Origin: an uncultured Nitrospira sp.
GTDB lineage: Bacteria > Nitrospirota > Nitrospiria > Nitrospirales > Nitrospiraceae
Assembly (NCBI GenBank): GCA_964590845.1
Contig: CAZPYP010000003.1
Location: forward strand, 1-58,283
Direction of reading: 5' to 3'
DNA: 58,283 nt
The notes beneath the pieces were generated by a model. The model saw nothing but the letters and a program-made list of their open reading frames with translations, did not search any database and was not told the origin of the DNA. Positions 45,670 through 54,665 of this stretch are shown piece after piece. A program made the translations under genes and the position numbers. Positions within the stretch are counted from its first letter, which is position 1. Each line of letters begins with the position of its first letter.

Positions 45670-46662
45670 CTACAGCACTTCCTCTCCGGCCCCGCTGACC
45701 ACGATCCGGCCCTCCTCCTCCAGCTTGCGGCAGACCTTGAGGATGTTCTGCTGGGCCTTCTCGACGTCGCTGACCTTGACCGGTCCGCGGGTTTCCATGT
45801 CCTCTTTCAGCATTTCCGCCGCACGGCTCGACATGTTCTTGAAGAACTTGTCCTTGACCTCCTGGCCGGCTCCGCGCAACGCGACCGGCAGGTCTTCCTT
45901 GCTGATCTCCTTCATCAACTCCTGCATGCCGCGGTCGTCCAACTTGACCAAATCGTCGAACACGAACATCAAGGCTCTGATGCTGTCGGCGAGGGTTTGG
46001 TTCCGTTCGGCGATCTTCGACATGATTCCGCCTTCCGTCGTCTTGTCGAGCCGGGTCAGGATGTTCGCGATCACTTCCGTGCCGCCCACGCTGGTGGCCT
46101 GCGAGCCGGTGTTGGCCAGCAGGGTTTCCTGCAGGGAGTTGCTCAAGGCTTCGAGCACGTCCGGCTGCACCTCTTCCATGGTGGCCAGCCGCATCGCCGT
46201 GTCCGCTCGCAGCGCTTCAGGCAACCCGGCGAGCAGCACGCTGGCCTGCTCCGTGTCGAGATGCGCCAGGATCACGGCGATCGTTTGCGGATGCTCGACT
46301 TTGAGCATCTGACCCAGCGCCTTGGCGTCCAGCCACTTGAGGGCTTCGATGCCGGGATAGGACTTAGTGTTGATGGATTCGAGCATGCGGGCCGCTTTCT
46401 CCTGCCCCAGCGCTTTGACGAGAATCGTCTTGATGTATTCCTTGCCTTCGAATTGCATCTCGCCGTTCTCGCTCGCCTGGTCGAATTCCTGGATGACCAG
46501 GTCCTCCTCATCTTTGCTGATATTGGCGGTGTCCTTCATGTAACTGCCCAGTTTCCGAATCTCCTTGGGCCCCAAGGACTTCATCACTTGGGCCGCAGCG
46601 TCTTCGCCGATCGCCCGGAGTAGGATGGCCGCCTTCTGCTCGCCCGTCAGTTCCTTCGCCAC
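45670..46662 (-). CDS. fliG: Motor switch protein FliG
   Basis: LTGEQKAAILL, EHPQTIAVIL, MFVFDDL, NMSSRAAEML.EDME. Confidence 0.97.
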   Translation of the reverse strand: MAKELTGEQKAAILLRAIGEDAAAQVMKSLGPKEIRKLGSYMKDTANISKDEEDLVIQEFDQASENGEMQFEGKEYIKTILVKALGQEKAARMLESINTKSYPGIEALKWLDAKALGQMLKVEHPQTIAVILAHLDTEQASVLLAGLPEALRADTAMRLATMEEVQPDVLEALSNSLQETLLANTGSQATSVGGTEVIANILTRLDKTTEGGIMSKIAERNQTLADSIRALMFVFDDLVKLDDRGMQELMKEISKEDLPVALRGAGQEVKDKFFKNMSSRAAEMLKEDMETRGPVKVSDVEKAQQNILKVCRKLEEEGRIVVSGAGEEVL

Positions 46663-46672
46663 GATTCCGTCC

Positions 46673-48241
46673 TCAGTTTCCGGTCTTCAGCCACTGTTTC
46701 ACCACGACGGCCGTGGCGTCGGGATTGCCTCGCGCCATGTCGACGATCTGCGCCCGCTGCTTCCCGCCCGCCAGCGACGCTTCGACCTGCCCGACGGAAG
46801 CCGGCAGCGCCGGCGTATCGGCCGAGACGGCCGGCGCCGACGCCGTCGCGAGCATGCCCAGCAACGGCCGCACGACCAGGAACAACAGGAGGAGGAAGAG
46901 GACTCCGCCGACCGCGTATCGGACGTAGGGCGCCCAGGGCTGTTGCGGTTCCGGAGCCGACTCGACTCCCGCCGGTTGCGCGTCCTCGCCGAACCCGAAC
47001 TGCATATTCACCACTTCGACTTGATCCTGCCGTTCGGCCGAGTACCCCATCGCTTTCTTGACGATTTCCTCGATCCGCTGCATTTCCTCCGTCGACCGCG
47101 GCTGGTACTTCCGTTGCGCGTCGGCGGCCGAAGCCTTCTCGCCCTCCGCCGGCTTCGGCACTTCGTACGTGCCGTCCACCAGCACGGCCACCGACAGTTT
47201 CTTGATGCCGCCGGTCGGCTCGACGATACGCGATACCGTGCGGCTGATCTCGTAGTTCACCGTTTCGTTCTTGGTCTGGTTCGAGGTCGAACTCGTCTGC
47301 GACGGCTCCTGCTCCGTGCCGGGCGGCGTATTGGATTCGACTCCCGGCACGCCGCCGGTCGAGCCGTTCACCCCGCTGGACTTCTCCTGACCGCGTTGTT
47401 CGCTCCGAACGACCTGGCCGTTCGGATCATAGCGTTCCTCCGTCGTCTCCACTTTCCGGAAATCCACCACACTCGACACCCGGACGACGGCCTTGTTGAC
47501 CCCGACGATCCGTTCGAGCATGGACTGAATCCGGCTCTCGATGTCCTTTTCCAACGTCTGCTGGTACTCCAGCTGCGTGTTCGTCAATCCCGCCGGATCG
47601 TCGGAGGCCGTGCTCGAGAGGATGCGTCCCTGGCCGTCGACGACGGTCACGTCCTTCGCCTGCAGGCCTTCCACGCTGCTCGCTACCAGATGCACGATGC
47701 CCTGCACCTGCGCTTTGCTGAGCATCTGGCCGCTGTAGAGCGACACGACGACGGAGGCGCGAGCCCGATCCTGTTCGGGACTGAAGAGGCGCCGCTCCGG
47801 GATCGCCAGGTGAACACGGGCCTTTTCCACCCCGCTCATCTGCGCGACGGTGCGCGCCAGTTCGCCTTGCAGCGCGCGGCGATAATTCAGTTTTTGCACG
47901 AACTCCGACATGCCCAACGTGGACCGGTCGAAGATTTCGAATCCGACCCCGCCTCCATGAGGCAGTCCCATGCCGGCCAGTTGCAGCCGAAGGTCGTACA
48001 CCTGCGCGCTGGGAACGAGAATCGTGCCCCCGCCGCCGCCGGTTTCATAGGGCACCTTCAACTCTTTCAATTTGTCGACGATCGCCGAGGCATCCTCGGT
48101 GGACACGTTCGAAAAGAGCACCTGCATGTCCGGCTGTTGCGTCCAAAGCCCGATGGCGACCAACCCGGCGATCGACCCCGCCAACGCCAGCAGGATGATC
48201 ATCCGTTGGTTGACCGTGAAACGACTCAACGACTCGAACAT
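46673..48241 (-). CDS. fliF: MS-ring protein FliF
   Basis: GVGFEIFD, NYRRALQGELART, ARVHLAIPE, NYEISRT; two TM segments. Confidence 0.97.
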   Translation of the reverse strand: MFESLSRFTVNQRMIILLALAGSIAGLVAIGLWTQQPDMQVLFSNVSTEDASAIVDKLKELKVPYETGGGGGTILVPSAQVYDLRLQLAGMGLPHGGGVGFEIFDRSTLGMSEFVQKLNYRRALQGELARTVAQMSGVEKARVHLAIPERRLFSPEQDRARASVVVSLYSGQMLSKAQVQGIVHLVASSVEGLQAKDVTVVDGQGRILSSTASDDPAGLTNTQLEYQQTLEKDIESRIQSMLERIVGVNKAVVRVSSVVDFRKVETTEERYDPNGQVVRSEQRGQEKSSGVNGSTGGVPGVESNTPPGTEQEPSQTSSTSNQTKNETVNYEISRTVSRIVEPTGGIKKLSVAVLVDGTYEVPKPAEGEKASAADAQRKYQPRSTEEMQRIEEIVKKAMGYSAERQDQVEVVNMQFGFGEDAQPAGVESAPEPQQPWAPYVRYAVGGVLFLLLLFLVVRPLLGMLATASAPAVSADTPALPASVGQVEASLAGGKQRAQIVDMARGNPDATAVVVKQWLKTGN

Positions 48242-48288
48242 GGCCCTTGCTCCCTTCCTTCACCGGCAAGATCGCCCATCATCCCGAC

Positions 48289-48603
48289 CTAAATCTGCAT
48301 CCGTTGAATTTCTTCGTAGGCTCCGACCAGCTTGTTGCGGACCTGCATCATGAGTTGGAACGAAATGTCGGCTTGCTGCAGCGCCACCATGGCTTGATGG
48401 ATGTTCTGCGTTTTGCCGGTCATGAGTTCGTCCACCGCATGGCTGGCCTGTAATTGCACGTCGTTGGCCTGGGCGATCGCCCCCTTGAGCTGTTGCAGGA
48501 ACCCGCCCCCTTGCGCGGCCTGACTTTCGCCGGCAGCGGACGGCCCGAGGACGTCGGGGATGGCCGAGATCCCTTGCGATCCGACGCGAGCGACGGGATC
48601 CAT
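48289..48603 (-). CDS. fliE: Basal body protein FliE
   Basis: IHQAMVALQQADISFQLMMQVRNKLVGAYEEIQRMQI. Confidence 0.95.
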   Translation of the reverse strand: MDPVARVGSQGISAIPDVLGPSAAGESQAAQGGGFLQQLKGAIAQANDVQLQASHAVDELMTGKTQNIHQAMVALQQADISFQLMMQVRNKLVGAYEEIQRMQI

Positions 48604-48605
48604 CG

Positions 48606-49055
48606 TCACCTCCCGATCTCCAGCGCCCGGTTCCACATAGCCTTCGTGGCGTTGATGGCCTGCACGTTCGCTTCGTACGACCGGGACGCGCCGATCATGT
48701 TGACCATTTCCTCCATGACGTTGACGTTGGGCAGGCGGACGAATCCTTTGGCATCCGCGTCGGGGTGCCGCGGATCGTAGATCTGCTGACCCGGCTTGGG
48801 GTCTTCGATGACGCGGGACACCTTCACCCCTTCCAGCGCGTGGGCGGAAGGGCCGGTCGCCACGGTCTTGAACGTTTGCTGAAACGCGCTGCCGACGCGC
48901 GCCGATTGGAACACCACGTCGCGCCGCCGGTAAGGTCCGCCGGCGGCGGTCTTGGTGGACTGCGCGTTGGCCAGGTTGCTGGCAATGACGTTGAGCCGGC
49001 GCCGCTGGGCATCCAGCGCCGACACCGACACGGCGATACTATCGGTCATATCCAT
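48606..49055 (-). CDS. flgC: Rod protein FlgC
   Basis: ASNLANAQST, GPYRRRDVVF, YDPRHPDAD..GFVRLPNVN. Confidence 0.97.
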   Translation of the reverse strand: MDMTDSIAVSVSALDAQRRRLNVIASNLANAQSTKTAAGGPYRRRDVVFQSARVGSAFQQTFKTVATGPSAHALEGVKVSRVIEDPKPGQQIYDPRHPDADAKGFVRLPNVNVMEEMVNMIGASRSYEANVQAINATKAMWNRALEIGR

Positions 49056-49069
49056 GGTCGTTCCTCCTA

Positions 49070-49146
49070 TAGAGGCTCGAGGTTAGAGGCTTGAGGCGAG
49101 AGGTGACGGATGCTTCCTCTAGCCACCAGCCTCTGGCCTCTCGCCT
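49070..49146. repeat. Intergenic heptamer tandem repeats forming an inverted repeat (flgB-flgC)
   Basis: tagaggc tcgaggt tagaggc ttgaggc gagaggt ... cctctag ccaccag cctctgg cctctcg cct. Confidence 0.7.
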
Positions 49147-49149
49147 GAT

Positions 49150-49557
49150 TTATCTGGCGTCTCGAATCGCGCTCAGCAGTTGACGCATGCGCATCGCCAT
49201 GATGGTGGCGGCGCTGTTGTATTGCATGGCATTGTCCGAAAGCTTGGCGAGTTCGAGCTCCATGTTCACGGAGTTGGCGTCGAGCGGCAGATCGCCCGCC
49301 GGCACCTCGGCGACCCGGCCTGTCACCCGTTCGAATCCCGCTCCTCTGTGGCCGATATGTTGCACCTGCGTTGACACCAGGCTGACGGGAGGACGGCCGC
49401 GTACGGCCGAGGACAGCGCCTCCTGAAAATGCAGATCCTTGGCCCGATAGCCGGGCGTTTCCTCGTTGGCGATGTTAGAGGAAATCATCCGTTGTCTGGC
49501 GCTGCGCATGTCCAGCGTCCGTTCGATGAGCCCCATCGTTTTGTCGAAGATCGTCAT
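49150..49557 (-). CDS. flgB: Rod protein FlgB
   Basis: SSNIANEETPGYRAKDL, DANSVNMELEL; GAGGAG RBS before ATG 49557. Confidence 0.96.
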   Translation of the reverse strand: MTIFDKTMGLIERTLDMRSARQRMISSNIANEETPGYRAKDLHFQEALSSAVRGRPPVSLVSTQVQHIGHRGAGFERVTGRVAEVPAGDLPLDANSVNMELELAKLSDNAMQYNSAATIMAMRMRQLLSAIRDAR

Positions 49558-49591
49558 GACCGTCTCCTCTTTCGGCCGACCGAACAGCCTC

Positions 49592-51013
49592 TCAGACCAC
49601 ATGGACGGCCGGACCGTCCTGCTGCCGATATTCCCGCAGCTTGTTGCGCAACGTTCGGATGCTGATTCCGAGTTCCTTGGCCGCATGGGTGCGGTTGTCC
49701 TTGGTCCGCGCCAGCGTTTGAAAGATCAACTCCCGTTCCATTTCCCACAGCGAGCCGTTGCCGCTGTCCTGCGAAGGTGAGGTCACTGCGGTGAGAGCGG
49801 GGGACGCGGCCGGCAATCCCGTCTCGGCCGTCACATGTCCCGGGAGAATCGGCCCGCCGCACGCCAGCAACACCGCCCGTTCCATGACGTTTTCCAACTC
49901 GCGCACGTTCCCCTTCCAGGGCCGTCGCTGCAGGCAGGACACCGCCTCGTCGCTGAGGGCGGAAACGGCCATGCCGTTCTTCGACGCCGCGGACTTCGCG
50001 AAATACCGGGCGAGATAGGCGATATCCGACGGCCGCTCTCGCAGCGGCGGCACGGTGATCGGAAACACGTTCAGGCGATAAAAGAGATCTTCCCGGAAGC
50101 GGCCCGCCTCGACTTCGCGGTAGAGATTCCGGTTCGTCGTCGCAATGACACGGATGTTGACGTTGACCGGCTCCCGCCCGCCGACGCGATCGACTTCCCG
50201 CTCCTGCAACACGCGCAGGAGTTTGGCCTGTAGTCCGAGGTTCATTTCGCTGATTTCGTCCAGAAGGAGTGTGCCGTTATGGGCCAACTCGAACTTGCCC
50301 TGTTTGCGTGTCATCGCGCCTGTGAAGGCCCCGCGCTCATAACCGAAGAGCTCGCTTTCCAACAGTCCGTCCGGTAACGCCGCGCAATTGACCGCCACGA
50401 ACGGCCGATGCGCGCGCGGGCTGCGGCTGTGGATGAACCGGGCCAACAATTCCTTTCCGGTGCCGCTCTCGCCGCTGATGAGGATCGTGGCCTGGCTGGC
50501 CGCCACGCCCTCGACCGTGCTCAACAGGCGGATCATGCCGGGGTCCTGCGAGAGAAGGACTCGCTGCTCGCCGGCCGACGCTGTGGACGAACGCGGTTCT
50601 TCCGGCCTGGAATGTTGAAGATTGCTGATAATGCGTTCGAGCAGGTCGGTCGAAAACGGTTTCATGAGGTAATCGCTGGCGCCGAACTTCATCGCTTCAA
50701 CCGCCGTCTCGACCGTGCCATAGGCAGTCATTAAGACAGTGTGCGTGGAAGGACAGCGGCGCGCGACCTCTTTGACCAAGTCGAGCCCTCCGAGCCGGGG
50801 CATTTTCAAATCCGTCACCAGCAACCACGGCTTGATCTTGACCGTCAGGTCGAGCGCCTCCTGGCCGTCCGACGCCACGTGCACGTCGTACCCCACCCGG
50901 CGGACGGTCTCGGCCAGCGCGGCACGCATGGAGGGATCATCATCGGCCACGATCACGACTTTGCCCTCCGGAGGCTGCTGAGCGAGCGGTCCCATCATCT
51001 CTTGCTCTTTCAT
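49592..51013 (-). CDS. fleR: sigma54-dependent response regulator FleR/FlgR-like
   Basis: REC (VADDD, TDLKMP, KPF), GESGTGKE, GAFTGA, HTH LGISIRTLRNKLREY; coupled to PAS kinase. Confidence 0.85.
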   Translation of the reverse strand: MKEQEMMGPLAQQPPEGKVVIVADDDPSMRAALAETVRRVGYDVHVASDGQEALDLTVKIKPWLLVTDLKMPRLGGLDLVKEVARRCPSTHTVLMTAYGTVETAVEAMKFGASDYLMKPFSTDLLERIISNLQHSRPEEPRSSTASAGEQRVLLSQDPGMIRLLSTVEGVAASQATILISGESGTGKELLARFIHSRSPRAHRPFVAVNCAALPDGLLESELFGYERGAFTGAMTRKQGKFELAHNGTLLLDEISEMNLGLQAKLLRVLQEREVDRVGGREPVNVNIRVIATTNRNLYREVEAGRFREDLFYRLNVFPITVPPLRERPSDIAYLARYFAKSAASKNGMAVSALSDEAVSCLQRRPWKGNVRELENVMERAVLLACGGPILPGHVTAETGLPAASPALTAVTSPSQDSGNGSLWEMERELIFQTLARTKDNRTHAAKELGISIRTLRNKLREYRQQDGPAVHVV

Positions 51014-52260
51014 GCTGGCATCTCCTCGTTCGACTGGTCGCCGGTCTCATGGATCACCGCCGCCGCCATCGGCTCGGCGTTCGGCAACAAGATCGTGAAC
51101 GTCGTACCTCGGCCGGGCGCTGTCTCCACATCGATTCGCCCACGATGGCCTTCGACGATCGCATGTACGATGGCCAATCCCAATCCGGTGCCTTCATCTT
51201 TCGTGGTGAAGAACGGATCGAAGATCCTGGCGCGATGAGCGGCGGAAATACCCGTCCCGGTGTCGGACACCGACAGCCGCAGACTCGGTTCACCGGCGGC
51301 GCTCGTCTCAGCCGTGGCGGTGATCGTCAAGGCACCTCCCTCGGGCATGGCCTGTACACCGTTCAAAATCAGATTCAACAACGACTGTTTCAGCTGTCCG
51401 GCGTCGCACCAGAGACGGGATGCGGCCGGATCGACCTGCAACCGAATGTCCAAATGCGCCTTGGCGACGGCATGGGCGGCCAATGCCAGAGCGTCGAGGA
51501 TCAGCGTTTCCGTATGCTGCCAGGCGCCACGCGAACAGTCGGGTTTGGTATAGAGCAACAGATTCGACAGGAGACGGTCGAGCAGTTGGACCGCGGAGGA
51601 AATGTGTTCGGCATAACCGCGCAACGCCGTCTCCGCTTTCAAATCGCGCCGCAACATGGAGGCGAACAGCTCGATACTGCCGAGTGGGTTTCTGATTTCA
51701 TGCGCGATGCGACCGACCATCTCCCCCATCGCCGCCAGCCTGTTGCGCCGCTGCAACCGCTCTTCGAGCTGGTGGACGGTGGTCACATCGTCGATCAGCG
51801 CAAGTCCGCCGGCCGCGCGTCCCTGCGCATCGTTCAAAGGCTTCCGTGAAATGGTCGCAAGGGCGCCGGATTTAGTCGAGAGCGGATAGTCCCGTCCGTC
51901 CAAGCCGGCCTCGCGCAAACAGTCCGTCAGCGGCCGGCCGACGATTCGCTCGCGCTCCAACCCGAGGAGCTGCTCTCCGGCGCGGTTGCAGCGGGTCACG
52001 ATGCCCTGTTCGTCCGTCACGAGAATGCCGCTCGAAAGGGATTCGAGGATGGCTGCCAAATGTTCTCGGAGTTCTTCGTTCGAACGGAGATTGCGGCGCA
52101 AGGCGTCGTTCCGGTCGGCGAGTTCCAGATCAAGCTGCTCCAGCCGGGACGTCAATGCGCGGTACGACTGTTGGAGTGTGGCTGCGGCTCCGTCGAAACT
52201 GCGGAACGCCGCCTGTAACAGCTCGGTATCCGGTTGAATCGGCGGGGATTGTACCGTCAT
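51010..52260 (-). CDS. fleS: Cytoplasmic PAS sensor histidine kinase FleS/FlgS-like
   Basis: LQAAFRSF..AAATLQQSY (FleS-type N-terminus), PAS, AHEIRNPLGSI, FDPFFTTK..GTGLGL; no TM. Confidence 0.85.
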   Translation of the reverse strand: MTVQSPPIQPDTELLQAAFRSFDGAAATLQQSYRALTSRLEQLDLELADRNDALRRNLRSNEELREHLAAILESLSSGILVTDEQGIVTRCNRAGEQLLGLERERIVGRPLTDCLREAGLDGRDYPLSTKSGALATISRKPLNDAQGRAAGGLALIDDVTTVHQLEERLQRRNRLAAMGEMVGRIAHEIRNPLGSIELFASMLRRDLKAETALRGYAEHISSAVQLLDRLLSNLLLYTKPDCSRGAWQHTETLILDALALAAHAVAKAHLDIRLQVDPAASRLWCDAGQLKQSLLNLILNGVQAMPEGGALTITATAETSAAGEPSLRLSVSDTGTGISAAHRARIFDPFFTTKDEGTGLGLAIVHAIVEGHRGRIDVETAPGRGTTFTILLPNAEPMAAAVIHETGDQSNEEMPA

Positions 52261-54404
52261 GATGGTCCGTCTCCTTCCTCTGCTTTCGCCGTACGCATGC
52301 TGTTCTGAATGGCTGACGTCGCACGGCTCAGCAACAGATCTCCCTGCGGGGCGAACGTCTCCACCCGCTTCTGGACCTTGCTGCCATCCGGCTGCGCCGC
52401 CAGATTGCGCACGATTTGCACCTTGGCCCATTCCGCAGCCTCCGGGTCCGGATGCGCGGCGAGCACCTGCCGATACAGCTCGAGCGCCCGTTGATGCGAC
52501 CGTTGCTGAGTCAAGAGATCGGCCATGAGTAACAGGTCGTCGTGGCCGCGAAGCGCACCGACCTTGGCCGCCTCGTTGAACGCGGCCAGCGCCTCCTCCG
52601 GCTTCCCGTCGTCTGCTAGCGCCCGGGCCAACGACAGCTGGACCCGTCCACGTTCCACGTCCTTGGGATGCGCCTGCAGCCAAGCCCTCATTATGCGGAG
52701 CGCGCCTCGGCGGTTGCCCTGTTCCTGCAACGCCGTCGTCAACAACCGGGACACCGTGGTGCTGTTGGCGCTGAGGGGGTAGAGGAAGCGCACCCGTTCC
52801 AACACTTTTTGCGCCGCAGGGAAGTCGCGCTGATCCAGATAACTTTGCCCGAGGCCGATCAAGGCGGCCTCATGCATGGAGGCCGCCTTCATGTCGCGGA
52901 CCAGAGCTTGGTAGAGACGGACCGCCTGCACGGCGAACCCCTTCCGCCGGTGAATCTCCGCCAACTTCAGCAGGATGTCGGTTCCGACATAGTGCTGTTC
53001 CGGATTGGCTCCGTGCCAGTGGAAGAGGGTGAGGGCCGTGAGGTCGTCATGGGCATTCAACGCGGCTTCGAGCCTCGGCTTGAGCATCACCGTCAGCCGT
53101 TCGCCGGCGGCCTTCGGCCACGGATCTCGTTCGACCTTGCCGGCCCGGCCCGTAACCTCGTGATACGTCTGGATCGCTTTGGTCTCGTCTTTTTTGAGCT
53201 CGTAGTATTCGGCCAACCGAAAGAGGGCTTCGCTACCGAGTTGATCGAGTTCGTGCTCCGTCCCGATTTGCCGATACATCTCTTCAAACCCGGAGGCGTC
53301 CAGATACGACGGCGGAGCGCCGCGCAAGAGACCGCGGACCTTCATGTAGAGAAAATCTTCCCCGGCGACAGCGGCAATCTCCTGCTCCATGCGGGCAAGG
53401 CGGAGACGGGCGGTTACCCCCGCCGCGGACGCCCCATAGTGGGTATGGGCGGCCATGTAGAAGACTTCGGCGCATTTCTGCTGGCCAAGACGGCGACAGC
53501 TGTCGCCCACCCGCACCATGACGGCGCCGGCGTCGATACTAGCGGGATACAGGTTCACAAGCAGCGTACAGGCGTCGCGCGCTTGGAGCATGCGATTGGT
53601 CTCGAACAGGACGTGGCAATACTGCTGAAGGAGGACGGGATCACCGCGCAGCACCTGCGGCCAGCGTTGATAGAGCGACTCGTAAAGGGGCTGGGCGTCC
53701 TGCTCGCGATGCTGGGCGTACAAGGCGGAGGCCAATCCGCGAGTGGCGTGCATGAAGGCTCGGTCGTCGACCGTGTGTTTTCTGATGGTCTGAAAGGCTT
53801 CCACGGCATCTTTCCATCGTCCCAACGAACCGAACGTGAGCGCGAGGCCGAGTATCGCCCGTTCTTTGTCGCCGGCGTCTTGCGCGCGCCCGAGCGCCTG
53901 CTCGTAGGCGCTCTGGGCTTCGTGAAACCATTCCATCTCGCGGTACAAATCGCCGATCCTCCACTCGGCTCGGACCGCGTTTGAATCCTTGGGGTATGCC
54001 CGAATGAGCGTCCTGTACTGGTTGACCGCTTCGGCTCGTTTCCGATTGACGGGTTCATTCAGTACCGTCAGCTCCGCGTTGAACGCCACACTGGCGGGAA
54101 TGAGCGCGCTCTCCGGATACAACATGACAAAGGCGTCGAAACCTGACTGCGCCGCCTCGTACGCTCCTCGACGGTAGGCCGTCACCGCTTCCAGAAACTG
54201 TGCAGCTTCTTGGCTCGGCGCCGGCTGATCGAAACGCGGCCCGTCGTCAGGCAGCGCGAACGCCGAGGGTATGGGCATCGGATCCGTCGGACGGACGGCA
54301 GCGGGCGGAGTGCCCGGCGCCTCTCGACCGAGGGCCGGTGCAAACCAGACGGTCTGAATCAGCAGGCCGGCGACGATTCGCTTGACGGTGATCAGGTGGC
54401 GCAT
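52257..54404 (-). CDS. Exported tetratricopeptide-repeat protein
   Basis: Signal-peptide-like N-terminus, many TPR-like helical repeats (A..Y...L..YP); ATGA overlap with fleS. Confidence 0.8.
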   Translation of the reverse strand: MRHLITVKRIVAGLLIQTVWFAPALGREAPGTPPAAVRPTDPMPIPSAFALPDDGPRFDQPAPSQEAAQFLEAVTAYRRGAYEAAQSGFDAFVMLYPESALIPASVAFNAELTVLNEPVNRKRAEAVNQYRTLIRAYPKDSNAVRAEWRIGDLYREMEWFHEAQSAYEQALGRAQDAGDKERAILGLALTFGSLGRWKDAVEAFQTIRKHTVDDRAFMHATRGLASALYAQHREQDAQPLYESLYQRWPQVLRGDPVLLQQYCHVLFETNRMLQARDACTLLVNLYPASIDAGAVMVRVGDSCRRLGQQKCAEVFYMAAHTHYGASAAGVTARLRLARMEQEIAAVAGEDFLYMKVRGLLRGAPPSYLDASGFEEMYRQIGTEHELDQLGSEALFRLAEYYELKKDETKAIQTYHEVTGRAGKVERDPWPKAAGERLTVMLKPRLEAALNAHDDLTALTLFHWHGANPEQHYVGTDILLKLAEIHRRKGFAVQAVRLYQALVRDMKAASMHEAALIGLGQSYLDQRDFPAAQKVLERVRFLYPLSANSTTVSRLLTTALQEQGNRRGALRIMRAWLQAHPKDVERGRVQLSLARALADDGKPEEALAAFNEAAKVGALRGHDDLLLMADLLTQQRSHQRALELYRQVLAAHPDPEAAEWAKVQIVRNLAAQPDGSKVQKRVETFAPQGDLLLSRATSAIQNSMRTAKAEEGDGPS

Positions 54405-54422
54405 GAGTTCGCCGAGACGTTC

Positions 54423-54438
54423 AGCAACTTCCGTGCCC
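54423..54438 (-). promoter_or_regulatory. sigma54 promoter of TPR-fleSR-flgBC-fli operon
   Basis: GGGCAC-GGAAG-TTGCT on minus strand, just upstream of the TPR gene. Confidence 0.72.
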
Positions 54439-54493
54439 TTCGCGCATAGGAAAGAAATGCTCGGTAGTCTGGACTTTTTTTCTCATAACTCCC

Positions 54494-54555
54494 GTCGATG
54501 CGTTGACAACCGTCAAAGTTCCGACGTCGGATCTCTCGACGGTCAAACGCTTGAC
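54494..54555. promoter_or_regulatory. Array of four FleQ-like GTC-N8/9-GAC boxes
   Basis: GTCGATGCGTTGAC, GTCAAAGTTCCGAC, GTCGGATCTCTCGAC, GTCAAACGCTTGAC. Confidence 0.65.
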
Positions 54556-54665
54556 GTGCCCGACCGCACGACGGTCGCGATCCATGCGGATACGGCAAAT
54601 GTGCAGCGGGAATAGCGGACGGAGGAGCGGGAACCGGCGTGGTTCGCCGGCCCCGCGCAAGACGA

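Noticed and set aside
44671-48292. Long plus-strand ORFs (650 aa, 575 aa) antisense to fliH/fliG/fliF, and similar ones such as 2007-3617 and 54639-55925
   Set aside because: Shadow ORFs expected from high-GC codon bias; no motifs, and they overlap well-supported genes on the opposite strand
54494-54555. Regularly spaced GTC..GAC units considered as a mini-CRISPR array or att sites
   Set aside because: Units are 14-15 bp with no real spacers; no cas or integrase genes; better explained as activator boxes
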